A DNA stretch of 64,000 nt from positions 136,134 to 200,133 of the forward strand of contig CAZNAA010000001.1 in NCBI GenBank assembly GCA_964571255.1. Direction: 5' to 3'. The stretch is from an uncultured Gammaproteobacteria bacterium (GTDB lineage: Bacteria > Patescibacteriota > Microgenomatia > Levybacterales > UBA12049). A program made the position numbers and the translations under genes. The notes beneath the pieces are model-generated. The model made no database searches. It was not told the DNA's origin and saw only the letters and a list, made by a program, of their open reading frames with translations. Below, piece by piece: positions 9,470-19,693 of this stretch (position 1 is the first letter of the stretch; each line of letters starts with the position of its first letter).

Positions 9470-10513
9470 ATGGATGTTTCTGTACAAATTAATTCGGAAC
9501 TACATCCTCAACCAGTTTCTGAAAGAATGCTCCATCTATCTGCTACTGATCAGGAAGGAGTGAAGCAATCTATTGATAGTTTGACAGCCGAGTTTGAAGC
9601 AAGTCAAGGAAGGAGAATAGGAGAGGCTCTTTCGGGGTCATTAGACGTAGCATCAAACGCACATGAATTCTTATTTCTTGATGCATTACAGACAGAAGAT
9701 CCTACACAACGTCGTATCTCTCATTTAGCCCATCTTCAACTAGATCTTACACATAATACAGCATCGCATAGAATAAAATCTGTATATAGTGAACAGCTTG
9801 GAAAGACAGGTATCCCATTAGCTCAGCTCTATCCAGGTCTTTTTTTTCATGAGGGAAATATTCGATCAGGAAGTGAGCTTCCTAAGGGGCATCAAGGGCA
9901 GACTTTGATAGTTGAAAAAGGGGATTTATCAGAAGAATATATAAACTATGCAGAAAGTTATGAAGATTTTTATCGAAAATTCGAATCAGTACAAATACCT
10001 GATGGGAAAAGTCGTGAAGAAGCTGCTTTACTTGTTGCAGCTCAACAGACAATATTGACCTATTTTGGTATACCCGACGAACATACGGGTAGAGAAAATA
10101 AGAGAAAATATGATACTAAACAGAAAAGATCTCTTGATGAGTTCAAAGGAGATCGAACTGCTACCTGTACAGAAATGGGAGTACTTGCTCAAGAACTTCT
10201 TTCGTTTTCAGGTATGAAGTCAGTACTCATTTCAGGAGGGCCATTATTAGTTGCTAATTCGCACGGAGAATATGATGCTGCAGAAATAGGTGGACATGTT
10301 TTTAATATTATTTTTCTTGGTGAAGGTAAAGATCGTCCCTATTTATTTGATCCATCAAATTACTTGTCAGTCCCAAGTAGTTCTGATGCTACTCAGATGC
10401 AGATACGTCCGTACTGTGCTCCATTATCAGCTGAGCAATTTGGAGCCTTACAAAAGGGAGGAAATATGGAACTAGAGTATGGAGGAGAAAAAAGACTCTA
10501 TAGCGTAGTCTAA
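9470..10513 (+). CDS. Hypothetical protein with putative transglutaminase/papain-like Cys-His-Asp triad
   Basis: ATCTEMG ... GGHVFNI ... YLFDPSN in the order typical of the transglutaminase-like fold. Confidence 0.55.
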   Translation: MDVSVQINSELHPQPVSERMLHLSATDQEGVKQSIDSLTAEFEASQGRRIGEALSGSLDVASNAHEFLFLDALQTEDPTQRRISHLAHLQLDLTHNTASHRIKSVYSEQLGKTGIPLAQLYPGLFFHEGNIRSGSELPKGHQGQTLIVEKGDLSEEYINYAESYEDFYRKFESVQIPDGKSREEAALLVAAQQTILTYFGIPDEHTGRENKRKYDTKQKRSLDEFKGDRTATCTEMGVLAQELLSFSGMKSVLISGGPLLVANSHGEYDAAEIGGHVFNIIFLGEGKDRPYLFDPSNYLSVPSSSDATQMQIRPYCAPLSAEQFGALQKGGNMELEYGGEKRLYSVV

Positions 10514-10524
10514 GAAGCAAAAAG

Positions 10525-11223
10525 TTACTCGGTTAAATGTTCTTTCTTTAGTGTCTCTTTAATCTCTGTATAACTTGTTTGTTCCGTTTTTACTGTTCTT
10601 TTCTCTAGCTTGTGTTTAACAAACTCAATTCCTACTGGGACAAGAGAGAAGAAAACGATACCCAACACTGCATATTCGAAGTTTTCTTGAATAAAAGGAA
10701 GACCTCCAAAGAAGTATCCTAAAAACATAAGACTTGTTACCCAAATGAACCCTCCCAGGACGTTATAGAGTAAAAAAGTATTGTAATGCATTCTTCCAAC
10801 TCCTGCTACGAAAGGGGCAAAGGTTCTGATAATAGGGAGGAAACGGGCAAGAATAATCGTTTTTCCACCATACTTATCATAAAACTCACGAGTTTTTTCA
10901 AGATACGCTTTGTTAAATAGTTTAGAATTCTCTTTAGAAAAGACTCTTGCTCCTAAATGATGCCCAACCCAGTAATTAACAGTATCTCCAACAATAGCTG
11001 CTGCTAAAAGGGTAAAGTACGAGATCCAGATATTTAAGAAACCACTTCCTGCTAGAGTTCCAACGACAAATAGGAGTGAGTCCCCTGGGAGGAAGGGAAT
11101 AATAACCAGTCCTGTTTCTGCAAAAACTATTAAAAACAGAATAACGTAGGTGAGAGGACCGAAAAGATTAATAATATTTGCAAGGTGTTCGTCGAAATGA
11201 AGAATAAAGTCAAATAACTCCAT
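10525..11223 (-). CDS. dedA: DedA family membrane protein
   Basis: FAETGLVIIPFLPGDSLLF, ARFLPIIRTFAPFVAG. Confidence 0.93.
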   Translation of the reverse strand: MELFDFILHFDEHLANIINLFGPLTYVILFLIVFAETGLVIIPFLPGDSLLFVVGTLAGSGFLNIWISYFTLLAAAIVGDTVNYWVGHHLGARVFSKENSKLFNKAYLEKTREFYDKYGGKTIILARFLPIIRTFAPFVAGVGRMHYNTFLLYNVLGGFIWVTSLMFLGYFFGGLPFIQENFEYAVLGIVFFSLVPVGIEFVKHKLEKRTVKTEQTSYTEIKETLKKEHLTE

Positions 11224-11268
11224 AAGAAAAGTATATCAGAAATTTTTGTATAATAGACAATACGAAAT

Positions 11269-11847
11269 ATGAATGAGAAAAAAGAGTATAGTATTAAGCT
11301 TTTTTCAACCTCCACAGAATGGGAAGAGTGGTTAGAGAAAAACGGAGAGACAACACGTGGTCTTTGGGTAAAATTTGCTAGAAAAGGGAGTGGAGGGGTA
11401 TCAGTGAGTTTTGATGAAACGCTAGAATGTGCACTTTGTTATGGGTGGATTGATGGCCAAGGAAAAAGTCTTGATGGGACATTCTATTTAAACAAGTTTA
11501 CTCCTCGAGGAATAAGAAGTACCTGGTCAAAGAGAAATTGTGATATTGTTGAAAGACTGATAAAAGAAAAGAGAATGTGTCCATCTGGTCTAGCAGCAGT
11601 TGAGGCTGCAAAAAAAGATGGGAGATGGGACCGGGCATATGACTCTCCGAAAAACATGGTAGTTCCGGATGACTTTTTACATGAAGTAAAAAAGAGTGAA
11701 AAGACCTACGCCTTTTATCAGACACTGAATAAAACCAATACGTATGCAATTGCTTGGAGGCTACAAACTGCGATAAAGCCTGAAACACGAGAAAGAAGAA
11801 TGAAGATTCTTTTAGAAATGTTAGAAAAAGGAGAAAAAATACACTAG
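11269..11847 (+). CDS. YdeI/OmpD-associated family protein
   Basis: ALCYGWIDG, FTPR..STWSKRN, AIKPETRERR. Confidence 0.88.
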   Translation: MNEKKEYSIKLFSTSTEWEEWLEKNGETTRGLWVKFARKGSGGVSVSFDETLECALCYGWIDGQGKSLDGTFYLNKFTPRGIRSTWSKRNCDIVERLIKEKRMCPSGLAAVEAAKKDGRWDRAYDSPKNMVVPDDFLHEVKKSEKTYAFYQTLNKTNTYAIAWRLQTAIKPETRERRMKILLEMLEKGEKIH

Positions 11848-11849
11848 AT

Positions 11850-12134
11850 ATGATACTTGATACAAAACGAAAAAAATGGGTTCTTCTTACTGTTCTTTCT
11901 GCCCTCCTTATTGGCATAAGTATCTATATGATTCGCTCTCTTCCCCCTGCGGAGAAAGGAAGTAGGGCCGTTATCCCTCCTACACTTACCATTTCTCCAG
12001 ATAGTATCCAAAAAGTAAGTCTTGAAAGAGAGTGATTTATTACTCCAATTGAGAAATTAAGTAGTGGCTAGTGGCAAAAATATCAGGTAAAATGGACAGT
12101 TTCTCTAACAGATCGTCTTCAAATGCTTCAGTAA
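11850..12134 (+). pseudogene. Short membrane-anchored ORF, possibly the remnant of a longer gene
   Basis: A 61-aa ORF with an N-terminal TM ends at TGA 12033. The same frame continues past TAG 12069 to TAA 12132. Confidence 0.35.
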
Positions 12135-12137
12135 CAT

Positions 12138-12548
12138 TTATAGTGCAAAAGGGTTAATAAAGGTCAAAATATCCGGACTAAAAAAGTAGACAAGTACTGC
12201 TACGAGAATAAGAATCAAAAAGAGAAAGAGGATAATCCCAAATGACGAACGGGAAGAGGTAGGAGTTGAGGTTGGAGAAGAAGTGGGTAAAGGAGTTGAG
12301 TAGGTATCAGAATGGATTCTTGCTTCATATCCTCCGGGCGGTGGATATTTCGATTGACTCATAGTTGCATACATCTGATTACTCTCAATTTGCTCACCCT
12401 CATCAAATTCATATTCCTTGTGATCCTCGTTATATTCAATTAAATGCTGTTTAATCGAGTGATACAGAGTACGAGATGCCTGTTCTCGGTTTTGGTTATA
12501 TACAAAATAGACCCTCCCACAATAGGGACATTTATACGTGTAATACAT
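12138..12548 (-). CDS. Hypothetical protein with N-terminal Zn-finger-like motif and C-terminal TM
   Basis: CPYC..H...H, a Ser/Thr/Pro linker and a hydrophobic C-terminus. Confidence 0.6.
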   Translation of the reverse strand: MYYTYKCPYCGRVYFVYNQNREQASRTLYHSIKQHLIEYNEDHKEYEFDEGEQIESNQMYATMSQSKYPPPGGYEARIHSDTYSTPLPTSSPTSTPTSSRSSFGIILFLFLILILVAVLVYFFSPDILTFINPFAL

Positions 12549-12635
12549 AGGTAAATGTAGCTGTAGTGTAGTGAGTTTAATCAAAGAATGCAATTCAATA
12601 GTAAAATTGATAACATGTTTATAATAACTGCTTTT

Positions 12636-13052
12636 ATGAACGAAGATAAAATCCAAGTGACTACATTGATACATGCTCCGATAGAAAAAGTATGGGAATA
12701 CTATATTTCTCCAGAACATATTACAAAATGGGCATTTGCCTCTGATGATTGGGAAGCTCCATATGCGGAAAACGACGTACGAGTTGGAGGAAAATTTCTT
12801 ACCCGTATGTCATCAAAAGATAAAACAGAAGGTTTTGATTTTAATGGAGTATATACACAAGTCAAAGAATTTGAACTCATAGAATATGAGATGGAGGGGG
12901 GACGGAAAGTCTCAGTAATTTTTACTCCTAAAGAAAATTCAGTAGAGGTTGTAACTATATTTGAAATGGAGCATGAAAATTCTCGTGAACTCCAACAAGA
13001 TGGTTGGCAAGCAATTCTTGATAACTTTAAAAAACACGTTGAAGCTGAATAA
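12636..13052 (+). CDS. SRPBCC/AHSA1-like domain protein
   Basis: APIEKVW, DVRVGGKF, QQDGWQAILDNFKK. Confidence 0.88.
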   Translation: MNEDKIQVTTLIHAPIEKVWEYYISPEHITKWAFASDDWEAPYAENDVRVGGKFLTRMSSKDKTEGFDFNGVYTQVKEFELIEYEMEGGRKVSVIFTPKENSVEVVTIFEMEHENSRELQQDGWQAILDNFKKHVEAE

Positions 13053-13234
13053 TTCTTTCCCACTTTATTCTCTGGTATAATTATCTCCAAATGAATTTAT
13101 ATGTCGGAACGGTGAGATTGGGAGTCAACTTAATTGTTTGAGCTCAGAAGTATATTATCGAATACCTCTTGAGCAAATTATAGATTTGCCAATTTCTAAG
13201 TTTATGCTTATATTTTTTTTTATAATAAAAAGTT

Positions 13235-14371
13235 ATGAGAGGAAGAGAACAGTTACGTCGAGATTACAGCCAAGAAAGAGAGAATAACGAACTATTACGT
13301 TGCTACCAAGCAACACTTTTAGGTGGAGCAATTGGTGATACATTAGGAATGCCTGTAGAAGGTTGGGATAGAGATCAAATTAGACGACATATTGGTCAAA
13401 TTACTAAACCAATAGATCCAGTAGTTGTAAAAGATGAATTAGGACGGGTAGTCCATAGAGATGAAATTGGACGAATTCCTTATGTTTCTCCCTATTTACT
13501 ACAAGGGCAAATTACCGATGATACCTGGCTTAGTATTGCAACTGCGAGGTCAATTGTTGACGCTAGGGGGTTAGACTTAAGTAATCTTGCAAATCATAGT
13601 TTAGTGGTATATCAGCAGCAAGTAGCACGCCAGGTGGATGTAACTCCAGAAGGTACTCCAATTGCAGCATTTTTGCATCCTGACAGTGAGATACCTCAAG
13701 CGTTTGGTAGTACTACTATTGCTGCATTTGAAAATTTAAAAAGAGGTGTATCCCCCACAGAGTCTGGTGTACTATCAAGAAACCCAGGAAATGCACCTGC
13801 AATTAAAGTTGCGCCCGTAGGTATGCATATGCACGCAACGGGACAATATGATGATGGACTCGAATTTGCAGAACAAGTGGGGAGAATGACCCATTTAGAT
13901 CCACGATCTATTGTGAGTGGTGTTGTCCAAGCGCATGCAATTCATGCGTTATTAAATGGTTCTTCAAGAAATGAATTTGTAGATAGTATAGTTAGAGTAG
14001 CGCAGGAACGAGAAAAATCAAGAGAAGAAGGGAAAAAAGTCACCTTATTAGAAAGACTAAAGTGGGTTGCTGATAATAGAGACGCAGCTGACGAGATAGC
14101 ATTTCTAGAGTTAGGAACTGGATGGGCTGTAACCAGAAATTATCCATTCACTATTTTTATGTTTCAAAAATATTGGGATAATCCAGTGGAAGGTTTACTG
14201 AAAACGGTAAATTCTGGAGGGGATTGTGATAGTACTGGAGCAATGTATGGTGCGTTAGCGGGAGCAAGGAACGGTATGATATTCCCTGAAATATGGACGA
14301 AATTGGTTGAAGGCAGAGAAGAATTAACTTATTTAGCAGCTGGAATTTATAATTTGAGAAAGGTAGCATAA
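13235..14371 (+). CDS. ADP-ribosylglycohydrolase family protein
   Basis: GGAIGDTLGMPVEG, TDDT, GN..IKVAP, THLD, GGDCDSTGA. Confidence 0.9.
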   Translation: MRGREQLRRDYSQERENNELLRCYQATLLGGAIGDTLGMPVEGWDRDQIRRHIGQITKPIDPVVVKDELGRVVHRDEIGRIPYVSPYLLQGQITDDTWLSIATARSIVDARGLDLSNLANHSLVVYQQQVARQVDVTPEGTPIAAFLHPDSEIPQAFGSTTIAAFENLKRGVSPTESGVLSRNPGNAPAIKVAPVGMHMHATGQYDDGLEFAEQVGRMTHLDPRSIVSGVVQAHAIHALLNGSSRNEFVDSIVRVAQEREKSREEGKKVTLLERLKWVADNRDAADEIAFLELGTGWAVTRNYPFTIFMFQKYWDNPVEGLLKTVNSGGDCDSTGAMYGALAGARNGMIFPEIWTKLVEGREELTYLAAGIYNLRKVA

Positions 14372-14395
14372 TATCAGTATGAAAGGATGTAGAAT

Positions 14396-15493
14396 ATGAA
14401 CCTGAGCGTAGGTATTGTCGGTCTTCCAAATGTTGGAAAGAGTACTCTTTTTAACGCACTTCTTAAAAAGCAGCAAGCACTTGCTGCTAACTATCCTTTT
14501 GCAACCATTGAACCCAATGTAGGTGTTGTTCCAGTTCCTGATGAAAGACTTCTGGCACTTGCTGAAATTACCAAAGAAGAAGAAAAAATGAGTGAGCTTC
14601 CTCCTATTCGCTCTGCCACAGTTGAATTTGTCGATATTGCAGGACTTGTAAAAGGAGCTGCAGAAGGAGCAGGACTTGGAAATAAGTTTTTGTCACATAT
14701 TCGAGAGGTTGCAGTTATTGCTCATGTGGTCAGAGCTTTTGAAGATTCTGATGTCTTAAGAGAGGGAAGTACCGATCCTAGATCTGATTATGAAACTATT
14801 CAAACAGAGCTACTTCTGGCTGATTTGCAAACAGTTCAAAAATCCCTTGAGAATAGAAAGATTGAGCCATATAAAAAAGATGTGTTGGTAAAAATTGAAA
14901 TGGGGATTAATGATGGAAAAAGAGTCATTGATGTACTGGTAACTGCTGAGGAGAAAGAAGCAGTACGTGATTTGTTCCTTTTAACAAACAAACCAGAGAT
15001 TGTGGTATTAAATCTTTCTGAAGAGCAGTATTCAGAAGAAGGCATACAAGAGAAAATGAGTGAGTTTGCTACGCTTCTTAATATAGACTCAAATAATTTC
15101 GTCGCAATTTGTGCCAAGGTTGAATCAGACCTCATCTCTTTATCACCTGATGAACAAAAAGAATATTTGAAAGAGTTAGGAGTTTCTGTTTCAGGTCTTG
15201 AAAGGCTTATTCAAAAAGCATATGAAAAGCTTGGACTTATTTCCTTTCTCACGTGTGGAGAAAAAGAAGTACGGGCATGGACTATTAGAAGAGGAGATAC
15301 CTCTTTAGTTGCAGCTGGAGAAATTCATACTGATTTTATGAAACGTTTTATTAAAGCAGAAGTAGTTGGGTATATGGATTTTATCGAGAATCGGGGATGG
15401 AAGGGTAGTCGGGAAAAAGGAAAAGCAGGATTACAAGGAAAAGAGTATGTGATGAGAGATGGAGATGTTGTGGAGTTTAAGATCGGAAGCTAA
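14396..15493 (+). CDS. ychF: Redox-regulated ATPase YchF
   Basis: GIVGLPNVGKST, NYPFATIEPN, DIAGLVKGA, C-terminal TGS domain. Confidence 0.96.
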   Translation: MNLSVGIVGLPNVGKSTLFNALLKKQQALAANYPFATIEPNVGVVPVPDERLLALAEITKEEEKMSELPPIRSATVEFVDIAGLVKGAAEGAGLGNKFLSHIREVAVIAHVVRAFEDSDVLREGSTDPRSDYETIQTELLLADLQTVQKSLENRKIEPYKKDVLVKIEMGINDGKRVIDVLVTAEEKEAVRDLFLLTNKPEIVVLNLSEEQYSEEGIQEKMSEFATLLNIDSNNFVAICAKVESDLISLSPDEQKEYLKELGVSVSGLERLIQKAYEKLGLISFLTCGEKEVRAWTIRRGDTSLVAAGEIHTDFMKRFIKAEVVGYMDFIENRGWKGSREKGKAGLQGKEYVMRDGDVVEFKIGS

Positions 15494-15997
15494 CTACTTT
15501 CCTTCCTGATCCTCGTTGATTAGTGGGGCTTTTACTTCAGGATCAATTCGTATGAATCTCTGTGCTTTTATTGCATTTCTGTAAGCTACTGTTTCAAGTC
15601 CTCTTGATCTAATTGGTTGTTCCTTTTCTACAATCAATCTTAATGGTCTTTCTCTTTTGTCTGTAGGAGGGAGTTTAGAGGTATCCGTAACAGGAATCTT
15701 ATCTTGGGTATCCCATTCTAGTTCGTCAAACCGTTCTCCACAGGTAAGTAAAACCCTATCGATTCGTTCATCTGCATCTTCAAAGGAAATGCCTAGTAGT
15801 TGAGCAATTCTTGCTACTTGAGTATATCCATTCGCAACTCGATTAAAAATGAGTAAATCGACTGCTTCTTCATCAGTAATATCTCCTCTGTTTATGATTG
15901 CCTGAATGATCTTCTCATCACCTGGGTACATTTTTAGAAATGCGTCAAGAGGAGAAGATGGAGTGGAGTCTGCTGGAGCTTGGCGTTCTAGAGCCAT
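15494..15997 (-). CDS. Hypothetical protein, possible HTH
   Basis: Intact 167-aa ORF. VARIAQLLGISFEDA is HTH-like. Confidence 0.55.
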   Translation of the reverse strand: MALERQAPADSTPSSPLDAFLKMYPGDEKIIQAIINRGDITDEEAVDLLIFNRVANGYTQVARIAQLLGISFEDADERIDRVLLTCGERFDELEWDTQDKIPVTDTSKLPPTDKRERPLRLIVEKEQPIRSRGLETVAYRNAIKAQRFIRIDPEVKAPLINEDQEGK

Positions 15998-16082
15998 TTA
16001 GACAGATTATACGGTATCTGTCTTTCTCTTGCAATATCCTCACTATTGCTTTTCTAAGCCTGTTTGGATAAAATAGGACAAT

Positions 16083-16364
16083 ATGCGAAAGTATGAATTA
16101 GTAATTGTTGCTAAACCTTCTTTAGGAGACGCAGATCGTAAGAAACTTCTAGAACAAGTAAAAGGTCTTTTAGGAAAAGAGATATCTGTTGTGAAAGAGG
16201 AAGAATGGGGACAGAAACCTCTTGCTTATCCTATTAAAAGAGAAGTTGCTGGTGTATACTACAGATTAGATCTTGAGACTGAAACATCTGTTCCGACTAA
16301 TGCAGAACATGAGTTTATCAGAAACGTTAATATCTTGAGACATTTGTTAGTTAGAACAAAATAA
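16083..16364 (+). CDS. rpsF: 30S ribosomal protein S6
   Basis: MRKYELV, WGQKPLAYPI, ILRHLLVR; rpsF-ssb-rpsR gene order. Confidence 0.95.
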   Translation: MRKYELVIVAKPSLGDADRKKLLEQVKGLLGKEISVVKEEEWGQKPLAYPIKREVAGVYYRLDLETETSVPTNAEHEFIRNVNILRHLLVRTK

Positions 16365-16365
16365 T

Positions 16366-16836
16366 ATGGCAAGAAGTCTAAATAGAGTACAGCTAATTGG
16401 GAATTTAACTCGTGATCCAGAATTGAGATATACTCCTACTGGAACAGCTGTTTGCACTTTTAGTCTTGCTACGAATAGATCTTGGACAACAGATAATGGA
16501 GAGAAGCATGAAGAAACTGATTTTCATCGCATTGTTGCCTGGAATAAATTAGGAGAACTTTGTAACCAATTTTTGGTTAAAGGACGAAAAGTATATGTAG
16601 AAGGTCGTCTTTCAACGAGAAACTGGACTGCACAAGATGGAGCTCAAAAATCAATTACAGAAATTGTCATTGATGACATGATCCTTCTTGATAGTGCAAA
16701 AGGAAGTAGCGAAAAATCTGAGGAGTTTGAAAAGTCACCAGTAAGTGAGAAAAAAGCTCCAAAAGCAGAAAAAGAAGAGGTACCAGTTGAGGAACCATCA
16801 CAGGATGAAGTAATGCCTGATGATATTCCTTTCTAA
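16366..16836 (+). CDS. ssb: Single-stranded DNA-binding protein
   Basis: NRVQLIGNLTRDPELRYT; C-terminal DDIPF. Confidence 0.97.
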   Translation: MARSLNRVQLIGNLTRDPELRYTPTGTAVCTFSLATNRSWTTDNGEKHEETDFHRIVAWNKLGELCNQFLVKGRKVYVEGRLSTRNWTAQDGAQKSITEIVIDDMILLDSAKGSSEKSEEFEKSPVSEKKAPKAEKEEVPVEEPSQDEVMPDDIPF

Positions 16837-16842
16837 AATACT

Positions 16843-17088
16843 ATGGCTAAAAAAACACGAAGAATTGCTAGACAAAAACCAACAGCACCACAAAAGGATT
16901 ATTTTGTGGAGAATAAGCTAGATCCACATTTTTCAAATGTGTCTGTCCTTTCTCGTTTCTTAACAGATCGAGGGAAGATTCAACCACGCTCTCGAAGTGG
17001 ACTAACTGCGTCTAGTCAGAGAAAATTAGAAAAGGCAGTAAAATACGCTCGTCATTTAGCTCTTTTACCTTTTGTAAATAGAGACTAA
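16843..17088 (+). CDS. rpsR: 30S ribosomal protein S18
   Basis: LSRFLTDRGKI..QRKLEKAVKYARHLALLPF. Confidence 0.95.
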   Translation: MAKKTRRIARQKPTAPQKDYFVENKLDPHFSNVSVLSRFLTDRGKIQPRSRSGLTASSQRKLEKAVKYARHLALLPFVNRD

Positions 17089-17106
17089 GCGTAGATTCGC
17101 TCAGCT

Positions 17107-17877
17107 ATGACAGTACTGCCCGTAGTCCTGCCACAAGGATTCACCTCCACTGTAAGCCTTCAGACTTCTGTTAAACCAGGAGAAATTATCGCCACAAAAA
17201 CTCAATCTCTTCCTCTTGAGAAAAAAATTCCTATTGCGAGTTTTCTGGCGGTTCCGTCACGTACGGCTGGGAAGTATTTAAAGAAAAATCCAGGAGACAG
17301 CATTTCTATAGGAGATGTAGTTGCACAAAAAAAAAGTCTTTTTGGCTTATCAAAAACTGATGTGAAAAGTCAAATTGCAGGAGTAGTTTCTCGATACGAA
17401 AGAGATACAGGTACTTTGATTCTCTCAGCCTTAAATACTTCAACCGAAGGAAATGCAGAAACGATAACAGCACCAGTTGAAGGAGTAGTAACAGATATAA
17501 CAGAGCAAAAAATTCTTATCAAAACAAATCAGTCTGTTCTTCAAGCAACGGCGGGAATTGGAGAAAGTGCCCAGGCAGAATTAGTGTGTACAGATCCGAG
17601 TATAGAAGATGTATTTTATCAGCTCGATAGTAAAACGAGTGGAAAACTTGTACTACTTCCGGTAGTGACTAAAGACATTGTCATGAAAGCAATTGGAATT
17701 GGAGTAAAGGGACTTATCACCCAAGACATAACTCATGCAGACTACGCCTATATTATGGATAAAACGCCAGACTATCCTCTTGTGAAAGTAGAAAAGAGTG
17801 TCTATGATATATTGAACGCTCAAAAAGGGAGAACCATTTTTTTACACGGAAAAGAAAAAGTTCTCATTCTTATTTAA
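17107..17877 (+). CDS. Hypothetical protein with barrel-sandwich hybrid-like segments
   Basis: VKPGEIIA / PGDSISIGDVVA / SQIAGVV / APVEGVV segments resemble lipoyl-like folds. Confidence 0.55.
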   Translation: MTVLPVVLPQGFTSTVSLQTSVKPGEIIATKTQSLPLEKKIPIASFLAVPSRTAGKYLKKNPGDSISIGDVVAQKKSLFGLSKTDVKSQIAGVVSRYERDTGTLILSALNTSTEGNAETITAPVEGVVTDITEQKILIKTNQSVLQATAGIGESAQAELVCTDPSIEDVFYQLDSKTSGKLVLLPVVTKDIVMKAIGIGVKGLITQDITHADYAYIMDKTPDYPLVKVEKSVYDILNAQKGRTIFLHGKEKVLILI

Positions 17878-19137
17878 ATGAAATCTCAAGCTTTTCGATT
17901 CATTATTAGTCTTCTTATTGCTGGGTTTTTAGGGTACTACCTGGGCATTACCAAGGTTTCATTTCAAGTAGCAAACTTTAGACCTCAACTATCAGTTCAA
18001 AGTAAAGAACCCCCAGCATCTGCAACGAACTTAGACATGCAAAAATTTTGGAGTGCTTTGGAAAAAGTCCAAACCCTTTATTATGACAAATCAGCCATTG
18101 ATGGAGATAAGCTGTTGAATGGAGCCATATCAGGAATGGTTGAGAGTTTAGATGATCCGTATACAGTCTATCTTCCACCAGTTCAGAATGACGATTTTAA
18201 AGATAATTTAGCTGGAAAGTTTGAAGGAATTGGTGCAGAGCTTGGAATGAAGGAGAAACAGATCATTGTTGTTTCTCCTCTTGATGGAAGTCCAGCAAAA
18301 TCAGCCGGAATTAAATCAGGGGATGGTATTTTAAAAGTGGATGATAAATCTGCCTCAGGATGGACTCTGGCTGAAGCGGTTGAGCAAATTAGAGGACCAA
18401 AAGGAACCCAAGTTACGTTGACTATTGCCAGAATAGGAGATACAAAACCACGGGAGATAAAAATCACAAGGGATGAAATTACCATTAAAAGTGTCACTGC
18501 TTGGGTAAAGCAAGTAAAAGATGTTGAAGGAGTCGACAAAAAAGCACTTTCTGCTCATAGTACTGACAAAGTGGCCTATATTCGTCTGTCTCAATTTGGG
18601 GATAATACTAACCAAGAATGGGTGGGTCTTGCCAACACTATTGCGATGGAGAAGCAAAAAGGAGGACTCAAGGGAGTTGTTATTGATGTTCGGAACAATC
18701 CTGGAGGGTATTTAACCGATGCTGTGTTTATTGCCTCTGAATTTATTAAAAGTGGAACGATTGTTATTCAAGAAGCAGGAGATGGATCAAAAACTCCATT
18801 AACTGTAACCAGGCAAGGAAACTTAACTGACGTTCCAGTTATTGTCCTTATTAATAAAGGCTCAGCCAGTGCTAGTGAAATCTTATCAGGTGCGCTGCGA
18901 GACTATAAAAGAGCAAAGCTTCTTGGAGAAACCTCTTTTGGAAAGGGAACTATTCAACAAGCAGTTGAGATGGGTGAAGGAGCTGGAATTCACGTAACAA
19001 TTGCTAAATGGTTGACTCCAAATGGAACATGGGTGCATAAGAAAGGACTTGAGCCAGATATAAAGGTTGAAGTGGATACGAAGGATCAATCCCACGATGT
19101 ACAACTTGAAAAAGCAATCTTAGAATTAGTAAAGTAA
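17878..19137 (+). CDS. ctpA: C-terminal processing protease, S41 family with PDZ
   Basis: LDDPYT, FEGIGAEL, DVRNNPGG, SASASEI, GETSFGKGTIQ. Confidence 0.93.
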   Translation: MKSQAFRFIISLLIAGFLGYYLGITKVSFQVANFRPQLSVQSKEPPASATNLDMQKFWSALEKVQTLYYDKSAIDGDKLLNGAISGMVESLDDPYTVYLPPVQNDDFKDNLAGKFEGIGAELGMKEKQIIVVSPLDGSPAKSAGIKSGDGILKVDDKSASGWTLAEAVEQIRGPKGTQVTLTIARIGDTKPREIKITRDEITIKSVTAWVKQVKDVEGVDKKALSAHSTDKVAYIRLSQFGDNTNQEWVGLANTIAMEKQKGGLKGVVIDVRNNPGGYLTDAVFIASEFIKSGTIVIQEAGDGSKTPLTVTRQGNLTDVPVIVLINKGSASASEILSGALRDYKRAKLLGETSFGKGTIQQAVEMGEGAGIHVTIAKWLTPNGTWVHKKGLEPDIKVEVDTKDQSHDVQLEKAILELVK

Positions 19138-19141
19138 CTAT

Positions 19142-19687
19142 ATGGAACCAAATAATAGAGACGAGCGAGATTTCAAGAGAACAATAAATTCTGCAAGAAG
19201 AACAGGTGTTTTGTCTACCTTACGAGATATTCACCAAAAAAGACAAGATGCAGCAGCGCGTGTTGCTCATGAAGCCTATATGAAACAAACTGCAAGGCTT
19301 TCAGAACAAAATGCAGCTTCAGATGAAGCACAACAAGCAAGATTACGCTCTTTAAGGGAACAAGGAATAAAACCAGCTAATGTTCAAAAGATTGATACTG
19401 GAAAATCAGTAAATCTTTTGGATGAGCAAGAGGATGATGGGTTAAAAAACTTACGAAGTAAGGAACCAGTCACACAAGTGCCCACAAAAAATGTAGTGCA
19501 TATGGTAGATTCTGCTGCTTGGAAGAAGAGAATAGAGGAAGGAAGAGCCCAAGCTCTTCAAAGTGCTCAAGCATCTGAACAGAAAATTGCTCAATATACT
19601 ACTGCACTTACTCCTGCTGCTGAAAAACCTCGCGGTATTATTCAGCGAATTTTCAGCAAATTCGGGTTTAATAAGCAAGCTGCATAA
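19142..19687 (+). CDS. Hypothetical protein
   Basis: Intact 181-aa helical ORF with no family recognised. Confidence 0.6.
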   Translation: MEPNNRDERDFKRTINSARRTGVLSTLRDIHQKRQDAAARVAHEAYMKQTARLSEQNAASDEAQQARLRSLREQGIKPANVQKIDTGKSVNLLDEQEDDGLKNLRSKEPVTQVPTKNVVHMVDSAAWKKRIEEGRAQALQSAQASEQKIAQYTTALTPAAEKPRGIIQRIFSKFGFNKQAA

Positions 19688-19693
19688 ACAAGT

